This document shows, one piece after another, positions 51,109 through 62,884 of a stretch of 64,000 nucleotides of DNA. The translations under genes were made by a program, and so were the position numbers. This DNA comes from Macrostomum hystrix (taxonomy: Eukaryota > Animalia > Platyhelminthes): NCBI GenBank assembly GCA_950097015.1, contig CATNEN010000030.1, positions 3,472,001 to 3,536,000 of the forward strand, read 5' to 3'. Each line of letters starts with the position of its first letter. Positions within the stretch are counted from its first letter, which is position 1. Under the pieces are notes generated by a model that was given only the letters and a program-made list of their open reading frames with translations, was not told the DNA's origin and did not search any database.

Positions 51109-51941
51109 TCGCTGGTTCGCTGTGAAGAAATTGCCTGCTTGCTCTTGGATAACTCATGCCTTAAGTTGCTCTCTGCTGTGCTGCTCTGCAACCCAGGCAA
51201 TCACCGATCCCATTCCTACAGGAAGCTCACGAAAGCGAAGCAAAGTACATTCTCTCTCTCTTTCTGTGTACACTTTCAGTGTGAGTTCCTGGTGGAAGAG
51301 AGGCCCCAGAGTAGAGCACGGGGCTAGCTTGAGGAGAGAAAATACGGAGACAAGTGTACTCGGACTGTACTCATGGGAAGAAATCCCATTCTTACCCAGC
51401 CTGACCAGACAGGAAATTAGCTGATGGTAGTATAGTCAAATTTAACTACTTTAACGTTTAACGTTGCTGCTTATTAAGTCAAATTATGAGTAAAAAATGT
51501 TTCATATTGGCAATTTACTTTAAGAATCGAACTGCGCAACAATTAACCTACGCAAAAGTGGCGAAATATAATTAGCAAATTATTATTAATTACAGTATTT
51601 CATAGGCCACTTTCTATAGCCAACTGCCAGGCATAGATTTCTCTCCCTTAGAAACCTCAAATTCGATGCCAGCGCTGCACCCGATAAGAGCAGTGTGCGA
51701 GTGTCAAGCTTTGATTTCAACAACACGGTTCGTTCGGCTCTGGTTGCCTATGGCAACGTTTGCGACTGGGCCCAACATGGGCGCTCACCCAGCTCTCTCC
51801 CTCAAAAATTTTATCTCTGCCCGGCTACCAACAAGGCGAGAGGCCACCGCAGAGGCGTAAAAGGCGTTAGCGAACAAGAATTACCTGAGCAGACTTCCAA
51901 TTCGAAACGCTAAACAAGCCGTGCAGCTGCCTTTCTTTGAA

Positions 51942-52589
51942 ATGTTGCAGCAGCAGCCGCCGCCACATCATCAGTTGACGACTATATCGGAGGCCGGCAT
52001 CGCGGCTAATGCTCAGACGCCGTTGCAACAGCCGCGTCGAAGTCTGCGTCTCGGGGCGGCGCCAACCGCTGCTTCGCTGCTGGCCGAACAGCCGCGGAGG
52101 CACACGCTGCAGCAGCCGGCAGCTAACGGCACCGTTCAGCGACGACGTTCCCGACGGACCAGTTCGATTCGCTCCTCGGAGCAGAACAACGGCAGCCGTC
52201 CCGCCGTAGGCGCCCAGCTAGAGAACACCTACCGCCTGGGACCATCGCAGTTGTTCCCATTTGAAAAGGCCGAAGCTCTGATGAATGATCGGCTGGCCAG
52301 GCAACTGAAAGGCTACGCGTACAATGCCCAGTCAGCCAAGATAATCACCGCCAACGTGGCACAGGAGATTAAGAACCAGATCAAGCATAAGCTTCTATCG
52401 GGGCCCAACTCGCGCTACAAGCTCGTCGTGCTGGTGACAGTGGCGGAGGCCGCCGCACCGATCGGTGAGATCACCTCCAGGACCCTCTGCCACACCGGCC
52501 CAGGCGGTGCAGACGGCTGCGCCAAGGCCGAATTTCGCGGCAGCCAATCGTCTGCCTGGGCGGCTGTGTTTGCCTTCTACTGCGAGTAG
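51942..52589 (+). CDS. Tctex1-domain-containing protein (dynein light chain family, TCTEX1D-like), single exon
   Basis: ENTYRLGP...AQEIKNQIK...RYKLVVLVTV...SRTL...D.CA.AEF...AWAAVFAFYCE matches the Tctex-1 domain. ATG at 51942; AATAAA at 52627. Confidence 0.85.
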   Translation: MLQQQPPPHHQLTTISEAGIAANAQTPLQQPRRSLRLGAAPTAASLLAEQPRRHTLQQPAANGTVQRRRSRRTSSIRSSEQNNGSRPAVGAQLENTYRLGPSQLFPFEKAEALMNDRLARQLKGYAYNAQSAKIITANVAQEIKNQIKHKLLSGPNSRYKLVVLVTVAEAAAPIGEITSRTLCHTGPGGADGCAKAEFRGSQSSAWAAVFAFYCE

Positions 52590-53234
52590 TAGGCTGCGAA
52601 TCAACGAGACACAATGGACTCTTGTAAATAAAAGTACGTGTTTAATTTTCTTAAAAACGGTGTGGAGCAATGTATGGAGCTAAACTTAAATGAAGAACTC
52701 TTTTCTAACTCCAAGTGTAATTTTTTTTACAAATAGACATTCTAGAACAAGAGCCAAAGACGAGAAAAATAATAGAGCCTAAAAGTCATCCAATTTCTCA
52801 AATCAAATTGCTGTAACTGAACTTTAAACTTAGATAGCCTCTGACTCACACATTGGTATTCCTAAATTGAGCACTTTTTTTTCTCGCGACAAATACAAGC
52901 TTTTCCAAAAACACGATGGTCTACGTGTAATCCTTGAACTTTTTCATGTGAATCGTATTTTGATGGAATTGTAAGCAAATACTCGTCCATCATAGTTTAT
53001 TTTTAGACTGTACAGGTAAAATCTTGTGCAAGACATGACAGAAGTTAACTCGCAGTAATTAGAGTCTCCAGTAACACTCGCACGCATCCACTTCTTAACA
53101 AAAATGAGGGACACGCTTAAGGATGTCAAAATTGCTTTTAAAAGCGGCTAAGGGTGACGGGATTGTCACTCTTAGTCATGCCATACACGACTCCGGCACA
53201 AAAAAGTTAAAAGGACATAACTTTGCGAAAAAAT

Positions 53235-54330
53235 ATGCATCACTGTCACAGCTGCGGCATGCACTGCCAGGCAACGGTGCAACTCACCTTTGCCATCTTC
53301 TGCCTCCTCGCTGCCACGCCACCGCTATTCTTATCAGTGACGAGGGCGGCGCTTCGCAATGGCGACGATTTTAACGGCAGAAGTTGTCACTCTGGTCGGT
53401 CTGATACTGAATCGTAAGCTACATTGTGTTACGACTTAATACCACAGACCACTTAAACAACAGGAAAGCAACAGCCACACAACACTGAATTGTCTGGAAG
53501 GCAACAGCCATAGAACACTGAATAATCTGGAAGGATATTAGCCACAGAACACTGGACAATCTGGAAGGATATTAGCCACAGAACACTGGACAATCTGGAA
53601 GGATGTTAGCCACAGAACACTGGACAATCTGGAAGGATATTAGCCACAGAACACTGGACAATCTGGAAGGATATTAGCCACAGAACACTGGACAATCTGG
53701 AAGGATATTAGCCACAGAACACTGGACAATCTGGAAGGATATTAGCCACAGAACACTGGACAATCTGGAAGGATATTTGCAACATAACACTGAATAATCT
53801 GGAAGGATATTAGCCACAGAACACTGAATAATTTAAACAGTTTCGAGTCCTTGAAGCCCTTGTTATTTCCGAATTCTCCCCAAAGGCAAGATACAGTGTA
53901 TTGCTTCCTGAGCTTTTGCTTTGCCAGCGTGAACGCAGCTGCAGGGGCAGCAGCGGTAGCTTTATCAGCTCAGTCCGTCTATCAGCCGGTGCATTCGAGT
54001 GTCGATGACCAATCTTTAATGTCAATGCGGCGCGGGCGAGTGCAAAAACTGGCACTGCGAGCTGCTCTGCTAAATGCCTGCGTTCTGCCTTGCGCCGCGG
54101 CCCAGGCCCTGCTGGGCTTCTCGCGGCACTGGCCGGACATGGTGTCGACCGCGGCGGCTACGACTGGGACGGCAGCCGCGTCCGGCCGATTCTGTGCCAA
54201 TCTGGCAGCCTGCGCAATAGCTGCCTGCCTTGCCATGTGCAGCCTGGGCCGCTCTCTGAGCCAGCTGGCGCTGAACAATGAGACAACCGAGTCTGACTGC
54301 TACACAATGTACCCGCTAAGTAGCGTGTAG
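53235..54330 (+). CDS. Orphan 2-exon hydrophobic membrane protein (~193 aa, ~3 TM), possibly the TM5-TM7 half of a divergent GPCR
   Basis: Exons 53235-53413 and 53928-54330 are joined by a phase-2 GTAAG...TTTGCCAG intron that preserves the frame (582 nt). The exons are GC-rich like neighbouring exons. No family recognised. Confidence 0.5.
53470..53830. repeat. 34-bp minisatellite (GATATTAGCCACAGAACACTGGACAATCTGGAAG) filling the intron of the orphan gene
   Basis: Direct reading; period 34 verified. Confidence 0.95.
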
Positions 54331-55509
54331 CCAAGGTCATTTAGCTGCCGACAATTGAAAATTTCACATGCGATAGAATTCTTTTATATAAATTAGTACT
54401 GTTTAAATTGGAGACAGCACTCAACCTGGATTGCGGAAATATTTACTTTTGTTGTTGCTATTTTTAGCAACACAATCGCAGACCTACTTTCAGCAGCATC
54501 TATTTTTAGAAATACTGTTGCAGATCTATTTTTAGAAACACCATTGGAGACCATTTTTCAAAATTGCAGGTTATTTTAGTAATATTGGTCTGCAATGCAT
54601 GCCTTGTTTATTAAATAAATTAACACACTATCGGGAGACTTAAATTAGCGACACTTTACTAAACTTTGAAAACTTTGAAAAGTTAAGAAAATCAAATTTT
54701 AAATGGCGATTTCATTCAAACCACAACTGTTTGTGCTCTGAGAATTCGAAATTCTTGCTCCTACTTTAGTGCTTTACGTGGAATAAGTTGTCTTGCACAT
54801 AGACTACCACTTTCATCTAAATGACAAATACGGATTGAAAGAATTGAAGCCTTAAAAAACACAGCGGTATTTGATGCCAGTACAAACGAAATGACAATGA
54901 AAAGATAAATAACAGAAGTTTGAAGACATATGCATTTGCATTCAAAAGTACACGGAAAGATGGAGCAACAATGGAAAGTAGAAAAAATAGCGACGCACTT
55001 GGAAATTCGAATAATAGAAAAACTAGCGCAAAAGACACGCCGTAGGGCATTCTTTACAGTAAAGTAAACAAGATACTACTACTAGTAACAGATAAAGTAA
55101 ATAGAGGCCTCTGTAAACAATGTGCTTGGTCGAAACTGTCATGAATAATTACGCGTGTGCAGTAGTCTAGAAAACAATAGCAGCTAGCTTTAACAAATGA
55201 GTGGCATTAATTAAACAAAATCATAATTCTATTCGTCAATTACCAGATATGGAAAACAATTCCTTATAAACCAGCAAAATATGATAAAATCATAAACCAC
55301 ATTTATTTACTTTAATTCGAAAAAATTTCAGCTACGATGTCAAATTAACAAAAGAAGAATTAAATATTTACAAAAATCTTACGTTCGGACTTTTTGGGGT
55401 TTAAGTGCTTTATAACAACGACAGGGTGCTTACGTTTAATAATACCGTATACATGGATGTGCTAATTATTCTTAATGACCTTGGGGTAATGGGTAGAGTT
55501 TTAAGTCCA

Positions 55510-56020
55510 GTCCTACCTGTTAGACATGCTAGTCTAAAGCTACCTGTTAGACATGCTAGTCTAGTCCTACCTGTTAGACATGCTAGTCTAAAGCTACCTG
55601 TTAGACATGCTAGTCTAGTCCTACCTGTTAGACATGCTAGTCTAAAGCTACCTGTTAGACATGCTAGTCTAGTCCTACCTGTTAGACATGCTAGTCTAAA
55701 GCTACCTGTTAGACATGCTAGTCTAGTCCTACCTGTTAGACATGCTAGTCTAGTCCCACCTGTTAGACATGCTAGTCTAGTCCTACCTGTTAGACATGCT
55801 AGTCTAGTCCTACCTGTTAGACATGCTAGTCTAGTCCCACCTGTTAGACATGCTAGTCTAGTCCTACCTGTTAGACATGCTAGTCTAGTCCTACCTGTTA
55901 GACATGCTAGTCTAGTCCTACCTGTTAGACATGCTAGTCTAGTCCTACCTGTTAGACATGCTAGTCTAGTCCCACCTGTTAGACATGCTAGTCTAGTCCC
56001 ACCTGTTAGACATGCTAGCT
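55510..56020. repeat. 27-bp minisatellite (CTACCTGTTAGACATGCTAGTCTAGTC) just downstream of MOB3
   Basis: Direct reading. Confidence 0.96.
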
Positions 56021-56131
56021 AGCTAGAAGATTTAGCATTAATTTAATGCAAGCAGTTTGTAAACAATAGAGCAGACTTGGTCCAAAACAACCGAAATACA
56101 ATTAGAAACACCAATGACTGCCTGCGGGGCG

Positions 56132-58422
56132 CTAGCGGCAGAGTCGCATAGTCATCTCCTTCTGCAAAAGAAATCAATTTGACAGGACAAGTTAGCAGCC
56201 GAGTATATTATTTGAATGAAATAGCACAGGCAGTAAGTTTGAGAGCAACTTACCAGGGGCTCCAGTTCCTTCTTGTCAACTAGCCCGAATTCGGTGACAA
56301 AATAGTAGAAATGCTTGTAGCAAGTGTTCACATGCGCCTCCTGTCAGGTTAAACGCGAGTTTGTTTAATTAAAATTAAACACAGATATAACTACTAACAG
56401 TAGAAAGACCACGGCAGCGGTTCGGATAGGCACATTTCTCTTATTTTCTATCTCCCAGAATTTTCAACCAATCTCCATAGCTCAATCCGATGAAAAAACT
56501 TCCATAATCAGAAAACATCGGCATCGAATATACGAGGGTTGTGTCATAAATTCGCTGACAAACTACTTTAGCTCCTGTTAAGTAGGCAGTTGGAATTTTA
56601 ATTACCCAATTTAAATTTTCCAATGGGAAAAGTAACGTGCTTATTCTACTATTAAGAGTAGAATATTGGTTAAAATCGACTTAAGATACGCAAATCTTGC
56701 TATATATAGGGGGGATTAATTCTCTGGAATTGACATGTCTGTATGGAATAATTTCTTCTGTAACACGAGTAAGGAGTACATTTCAATGCTAATTTTATGG
56801 CCCGTCATCTAATTAGTACGAATCATTTGGTCCTAGATGCTTCTGGGTTATGGCGAAATGTCACTTATTCCGATAGGAAGCAATTCTTGAAGTCTTCGCT
56901 CTTCAAGTCTTTGTCTGGTAATGCCCTGAGCGGGGGCTGTAGGCCTCTGGCTAGACTTAGAAAGTTGGATCATGAATAAAAGGTCGGGGGTTCGATCCCG
57001 ACTTCACTGGAACAATTTGTGTTCATAACCAAGAGACTTAACTCTGGATTGCTTCTGTTCAACCTGATGTTAAACGGGTATCAGCATCAGCTGGGGTAAT
57101 TGGGGGTGGGTGTGGTGTCCCCCAGTCCATGGACTGAACAGCCGTACGCAGCCTTCAGATGCGCCGCGCAATAGGGACAGGTGTAATCGATTATTAAATA
57201 ATTTTTTTATTTGCTCCTTAAAATGGGGGAGCTTTTAGCTAGTAGTTAGAGATTTTGGCTTCTTGACTGAGAGGTCGGGAGTTCGAATCTCAGCCCAAGG
57301 GAGACAATGTGTCCATAAGCAAGACACTCGGTTCCCTTGTGCTTCAGATCATCCAGTGGTAAAGTATGCACCAGCATACAGCCTGTCGCTTGGACAACAA
57401 ACTAATTAGCAGTTTGGATAGAGTTTATTTAGTGGCAGTGGAAGCAAAAGGTGAGGCAGATAGAAAGGAACATGGACACGCTTGAGGGCATGCTTACACG
57501 CTAAGAGAACCTGTAACGGAGAGGTGGTCTTGTACATAGATATAAAAGTGGTAAGCGCAAATGGATGAGGTCACAGACAATAAATAAGGTTAGCTGCAAC
57601 TAATGTGTTAAGGAGACTAAAAGTACATGAAAACGTAAGACGAAGGCGAAGGCCCAAAAGAGGCGAAGAATTGGAGGATTATAATCCGACACAGCCGGAG
57701 TAGAAATTTGAGTAGGCAGGTGCCAGTCCATGGACAGAATAACTGTACACAGCCTTTGGAAGCGCCGCGCAATAGCTGCGGCTGGGCCACTGGCTGTACA
57801 TCTTGCCCCCACTGTGCTAGGTGTAACTCTTATCTATATTTATAATCATATTTTTAGAGCCTGTGGGTGCACTAAATACCACTAGGAACAACAAGACTGT
57901 GCAATTTTGCCAAGAACTCACAGCTCCAATGGTTCTCAGCCGGTCAAAGTGATGAATATAGACGTGGACAAAGACGCGAAACAATCTAGTTAAAATCTTT
58001 TTAACGCTGGCGGTGTAGTTCTTAGGAAATGGAGTCTGCGAGTCGCTAGGAAACAAGCGATCATCGTTAATCTGCTCCTCCACCCAGTCCATTAGTAGGC
58101 CGATGTAAACTGGCGCTGGCAGAGAAGTCGGCTTCTTGTACTGGACCTTGTCTGCCCACTGATATTCATACTTGGCACCGCCGCTCATCTTTGGACAGGC
58201 GATCTCTGTGCAGTCCTCGGACACTGTGCCATAGATGAGGCTGATGCGATTGTAAAAGTCCACCACATGGACGGCTAGCCAATCATTGTAGTCTTCACCA
58301 GCTGGCAACTTGACAGCCTCCTTCAGATCGATGCCTGCGCTTAGCGAGGCCATGGCATTCTTGTGCATCTGGTGGCGCATCGTGCCAGGAGTGTACTTCT
58401 TCTGCGGCTTGAATGTCTGCAT
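56132..58422 (-). CDS. MOB3: MOB kinase activator 3 (205 aa), 3 coding exons
   Basis: Exons 58422-57922, 56340-56254 and 56161-56132 (all phase 0). Sequence TFKPQKK...[34 protein letters not shown]...[14 protein letters not shown]...[14 protein letters not shown] / [29 protein letters not shown] / KEMTMRLCR*. Confidence 0.95.
56932..57192 (+). mobile_element. SINE family A copy in MOB3 intron 1 (antisense to the gene)
   Basis: B box GGTTCGATCCC, CORE-like centre and shared tail. Confidence 0.85.
57225..57395 (+). mobile_element. Diverged SINE with tRNA head and CORE-like domain, directly after the previous copy
   Basis: GAGGTCGGGAGTTCGAATCTC, then GTGTCCATAAGCAAGACACTC...CTTCAGATCATCCAG. 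Confidence 0.65.
57715..57827 (+). mobile_element. 3' fragment of SINE family A
   Basis: CAGTCCATGGAC...GCGCCGCGCAATAGCTGCGGCTG...GGTGTAA matches the family A tail. Confidence 0.7.
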
Positions 58423-61400
58423 TTTGATTGCACAGAGTAAGGTCCATATTTAATACTGTCTCAACTTAACTTGCGAGTAGCTAGCTAAGCTATTTTTTTA
58501 TCACTTATGGACTAAACTTATTGTATTGGTGTGAAACATTTAGAAACATGTAAGTGTAAGTAGGGTAAAATTGGCAGCCAGTATTACCTAGGGTAAAAAT
58601 GTGGGTTCGTGAAGCACATAGAAGATCTAAAGACAAAATTGCACATTTCCTTAATGCATTTAGATGTGCACAATATAACAGATCTGGCTGAACATGAGAG
58701 AATAATAATTTTTGCTTACTCTCCAAGAGATGCATTAGGGTTGTATTGAATTTTAATCAATGTCCTAAGACAATATAACTTCAAGTTTGACCATTAAATG
58801 CAAAGTAAAAAAATTAGCTAAAAATCTGTATTTTCTTAATAGAATTGCTTTTTAAAGCTAAATTAAATATACATAGACTATATTATAAATAAAGAGTCCC
58901 AATTCAGTGATATAGTTAGACTTATCTGGGCATCATAGGTAATAGCCTTATAGCCAATTCCAGACCCTTTGATATAGCATCAACCCTAAACAACTAGGCA
59001 CCTGGGGATTCATGGTCCTTTTGATGCCCCCTTGGCTATGCCACTGTCACAATTTATATTTTCTTGTTATGAACCATAGAATAGCTAGTATTAGGAAATT
59101 TAATGGTAAGAAACAAGTGAATCCTAGTCTAGATGACATTATGGCATTAGCCAGAAGAAAAATGCAGTAGAATTGATGCAGATTTTTGTCATTTGTGCTA
59201 TCAATAAAATTAAAATTGTTAGCATATTTAGCTAAGTTTAAAATAGCCACATAAAACTTTTTCTATTAAATTTATGGTAAAAAATTTGTTAAAAAAATGA
59301 GCATAACCCACACTTTCCAGACTATGGTAAGCAAGGTATTTTATTTATAATTAATATGCTCAAACTTTAAGAACAATTCAGTTTTGGGACTAGAAGGCTT
59401 GAAATTCTCAAATCCAAAAATTTAGAAACACAATTTCTACGTTTAAAGTTTGTCTTTGTCTAGCTTTGTCATTTGTCTGTGCATAGCTTAGCTTACACAG
59501 TCTACATGTTAATAACTCCAACTATAGTACAGCTAATATTATAGACCAGCACTTTGGTTTGTATTAATAGGTCCGCACAATTTAAATTTAAGTATATAAA
59601 TTCAAGTTAACTAAAATAACTAAGCAAGCAAGTTTTTGAAATGCAGTGCAAATATAACTTATAATTAAATTATAATTATGAATAATAACTTCTTATTTGA
59701 ATTGGTAGCTATGGTACTACATAACAATAAAATACTATAGGCCTAATAGCAGTTAAGAAGCTCGAGATTTAGACAGGCCTAGGCCAGGCTGAATAAAGTT
59801 ACGAAACAATTGCAAGCCTAGTGATTGGGATTGAAAATAGTATCTAACTTGCCTTCTCGCGATTGAAAAAGTCAATAAAGCCTCCGAAAGCCATTTTTGG
59901 TATGTGTTAATGTGATCTCGATATGCTTTTTTGAGCTGTTTCGGTTTTGTGTACTTCACTATCTTGACGCTTAATTAGTAATTGGCTGGAACAACAACTT
60001 CCTTCGTTTCGTCTATCTCCTTTATGTTCACGTACAACAAATAAGAATATATTTCTACGAATTGATGCAAACTGCAATCATTTGAAAATATGTATGAATA
60101 AAACAGCGGCATTCAACTTTTATAATGTCGTATAGGTAAGAATCGCAAAAGTGTGCTTGTCAAAAGTTAGAAAATGTTTTATTATTATTTTAGCGTTTCT
60201 GAAACTGCGAAACCAATGAAATTGTCTGTCGTTACAGGTCATGTGCTCTTTAGCATGTTACAAGGTTATATAACAGATGAATTATCTTTTTCATTCTTCA
60301 AGCCAAATGGGCTTGGAATACCCGCAAGTTGCATGATGTCTTAATTTTTTTGCATTTTCATAATTCATTTCACTTTCATTTTTCATAATTTTTTTATTCA
60401 TCTGAATTTTTCATTTTATTACAATCACTAAATCCCCCTAGACGTTTTAGCATCTTTGGTTGCCTAAATGCTGACTTAGCTATACATATTCGATCGACTG
60501 TTTTAGTAAAATACACGCAGATCGCAACACTTTCTTAATCTTCGTTTAAGGGATTTAGCTGTCCCCATTATTTAATCGAATAGCCGCCCATGTACATGCA
60601 AAAAAGGCATAGGTCATTTATCGTTAAGTATACTTCTTGGTGAATGGAATTTATAGTTACTGTATGTGGGCCAGCGCACAGAATATATAAGTGCAATTTT
60701 TCCCGAAACTTACTCTCACCTCTTGAGTCTTAACTTCATTGGCTTTACTCACCATGCAGGGAAAACGATCCCGGCCACTACAAACTGTCGAAGCGTTGAA
60801 ATTGAGTGCTCTGCAGCTAGCAGAGTGAGAGAGAGGGTCGAGATCTTCGCGGAGCCTATTGAAAGTCCCATTTCGTGTTGATTCGTTCTTCCGTCCTAGC
60901 GGAATCGTAAATTGGCATTCTCACCAGCTTTCAAGCCGCGTTTTGAGACCTTGATGTGCGGTTTGAGAGTGGTAATTGGGAGGCCCAGGCTGCATGTGAG
61001 ATGGGTTTGAACAGCCAATGCCAAACCACGCTGTCGCAGTGGCGCAGTGCTCTTCATATTCTGTGAAGAGCCACCCAGCTCGTTTGCAATTATCCCGTTA
61101 AAGTCAAGCGTACGATCGCGCTCTTACGCCCAGAAAAATCCCCTCGACCTCACGCTACTGTAGCTACTCATTCATTAAAACGCACAGATTTGTTGTAGAT
61201 CTTTTCTATGTGTTTTTCTACTCCGAGTAACTTGCCGAGTAAATTCTAATTCTTCTGTAAATTAATTCCTCTGTCCAAAAGCCCGTGACAAAAAATGTCG
61301 AAAAAATTAATTTTTTGGCTCACTCGTTTTTAAGCTTGAGGTGCCTGCATACACGCGCTTAAAAAATGTGCAAAATGATTTTTAAGAGAATATATGCATT

Positions 61401-61429
61401 GGCGTATTTGAAATTGCATTACATTTTTC

Positions 61430-61925
61430 CAGTGGAAAGGAATGTGGGATAAGGGAATGAGTGGAGTGTGGGATAATTGGGATTGGGAATAAGTGTGGGA
61501 TAAGGGATTGGGAATAAGTGTGGGATAAGGGATTGGGAATAAGTGTAGGATAAGGGATTGGGAATAAGTGTAGGATAAGAGAATGGGAATAAGTGTAGGA
61601 TAAGGGATTGGGAATAAGTGTGGGATAAGGGATTGGGAATAAGTGTAGGATAAGGGATTGGGAATAAGTGTAGGATAAGAGAATGGGAATAAGTGTAGGA
61701 TAAGGGATTGGGAATAAGTGTGGGATAAGGGATTGGGAATAAGTGTGGGATAAGGGATTGGGAATAAGTGTGGGATAAGAGAATGGGAATAAGTGTAGGA
61801 TAAGGGATTGGGAATAAGTGTGGGATAAGGGATTGGGAATAAGTGTAGAATAAGGGATTGGGAATATGTGTAGGATAAGAGAATGGGAATAAGTGTAGGA
61901 TAAGGGATTGGGAAGGGATTGGGGT
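61430..61925. repeat. 25-bp minisatellite (GGGATTGGGAATAAGTGTGGGATAA)
   Basis: Direct reading. Confidence 0.96.
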
Positions 61926-62064
61926 GGGATTATACTGGCAGAAGAAGAATAGAGAAGATGAATAACACACCGCATTACCCAGTTGGGCCAGATGTTCAGT
62001 CAGTGACAGAGCAGCCGAAAGTAAGAGCATTGTGTACAGTTGTTCAGTCCATGGACTGGGTAGT

Positions 62065-62400
62065 GGGGGTGACTGGCAGAGCGGTTAACGCGTTAGCGGT
62101 CCCTGAGCTCGATTCCGCGTCAAGGCAATGCGTTCATTTGGGGCGCAGCCGCGGAGAGAAGGCTTGGTGGCTAGAGTGTAGAGTGCAGTGAGTGTACAGC
62201 GAGAGTGTACACTGCCTGACGATGAGAAAGTCAGGCCAGGTGTACAAACCTGTGTGAGCGCATGCCTGCGTACAGTATCAGAGTGTGCGTGTGCTCAGGA
62301 GTCAGCGAATCGGGTAGAACTGCCTCCTCGCTGGCTGCGGGTCTAGTGTCATATGATGATGTGCCATTGCCCGCAGCCCTCCTGCAATTATTGTTATAAC
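62065..62400 (+). mobile_element. SINE family B, long variant
   Basis: tRNA-like head and modules shared with 45015-45365. Confidence 0.8.
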
Positions 62401-62414
62401 TCGTATTACTATGG

Positions 62415-62490
62415 ACCGGGGAACCGAATCGCCGACCGATTCGAACTCACGACCTCTCGGTTTAAAGTCTGAAGCTTTAACAACTGGGAT
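62415..62490 (-). mobile_element. Isolated tRNA-like SINE head
   Basis: Minus strand AGTTGTTAAAGCTTCAGACTTTAAACCGAGAGGTCGTGAGTTCGAATC. No acceptor stem, so not a functional tRNA. Confidence 0.5.
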
Positions 62491-62884
62491 TGTGGAATTG
62501 GAATGAGTTTGGGATTAGGGAATGAACATTAATTCCCCGTTTCCCTGGATGCAGATTTGTGTCCTCCAGGTTAATTATTTCCTACATACTATCCAGAGCC
62601 TCCACGTAGGACTGAGTGGCGACGACTAGCAATCCATTCTATTCCTTCATCCATGGGCCATCGGCACGAAATTAGCATTTATATTGTTTCTCTAGGATTA
62701 TTCTTTGGCACGAAGACAAATTCTGGCAATTCCTTGCTGACCCAGGTCGGAGCCGGTTAAGATATAAAATTTATTTTGCTTTTTTAGCAGTTTCTTGTTT
62801 GTTTGTGTTAATTTGTTACGAATTTCAGCAGTTTATATAAAATTGAGCAAATTTTCACAAACTTGAGTAGTTTCTAACAAACCT

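Noticed and set aside
22774-52589. Ciliary gene cluster (PKA-RII, CCDC78, Tctex1D)
   Set aside because: The genes are unlinked in orientation and interspersed with unrelated genes. There is no evidence beyond a plausible coincidence.
60753-61100. GC-richer block with minus-strand GTGAG donors, possibly MOB3 5' exons
   Set aside because: No recognisable protein and no matching acceptor that I could assign. Needs transcript data.
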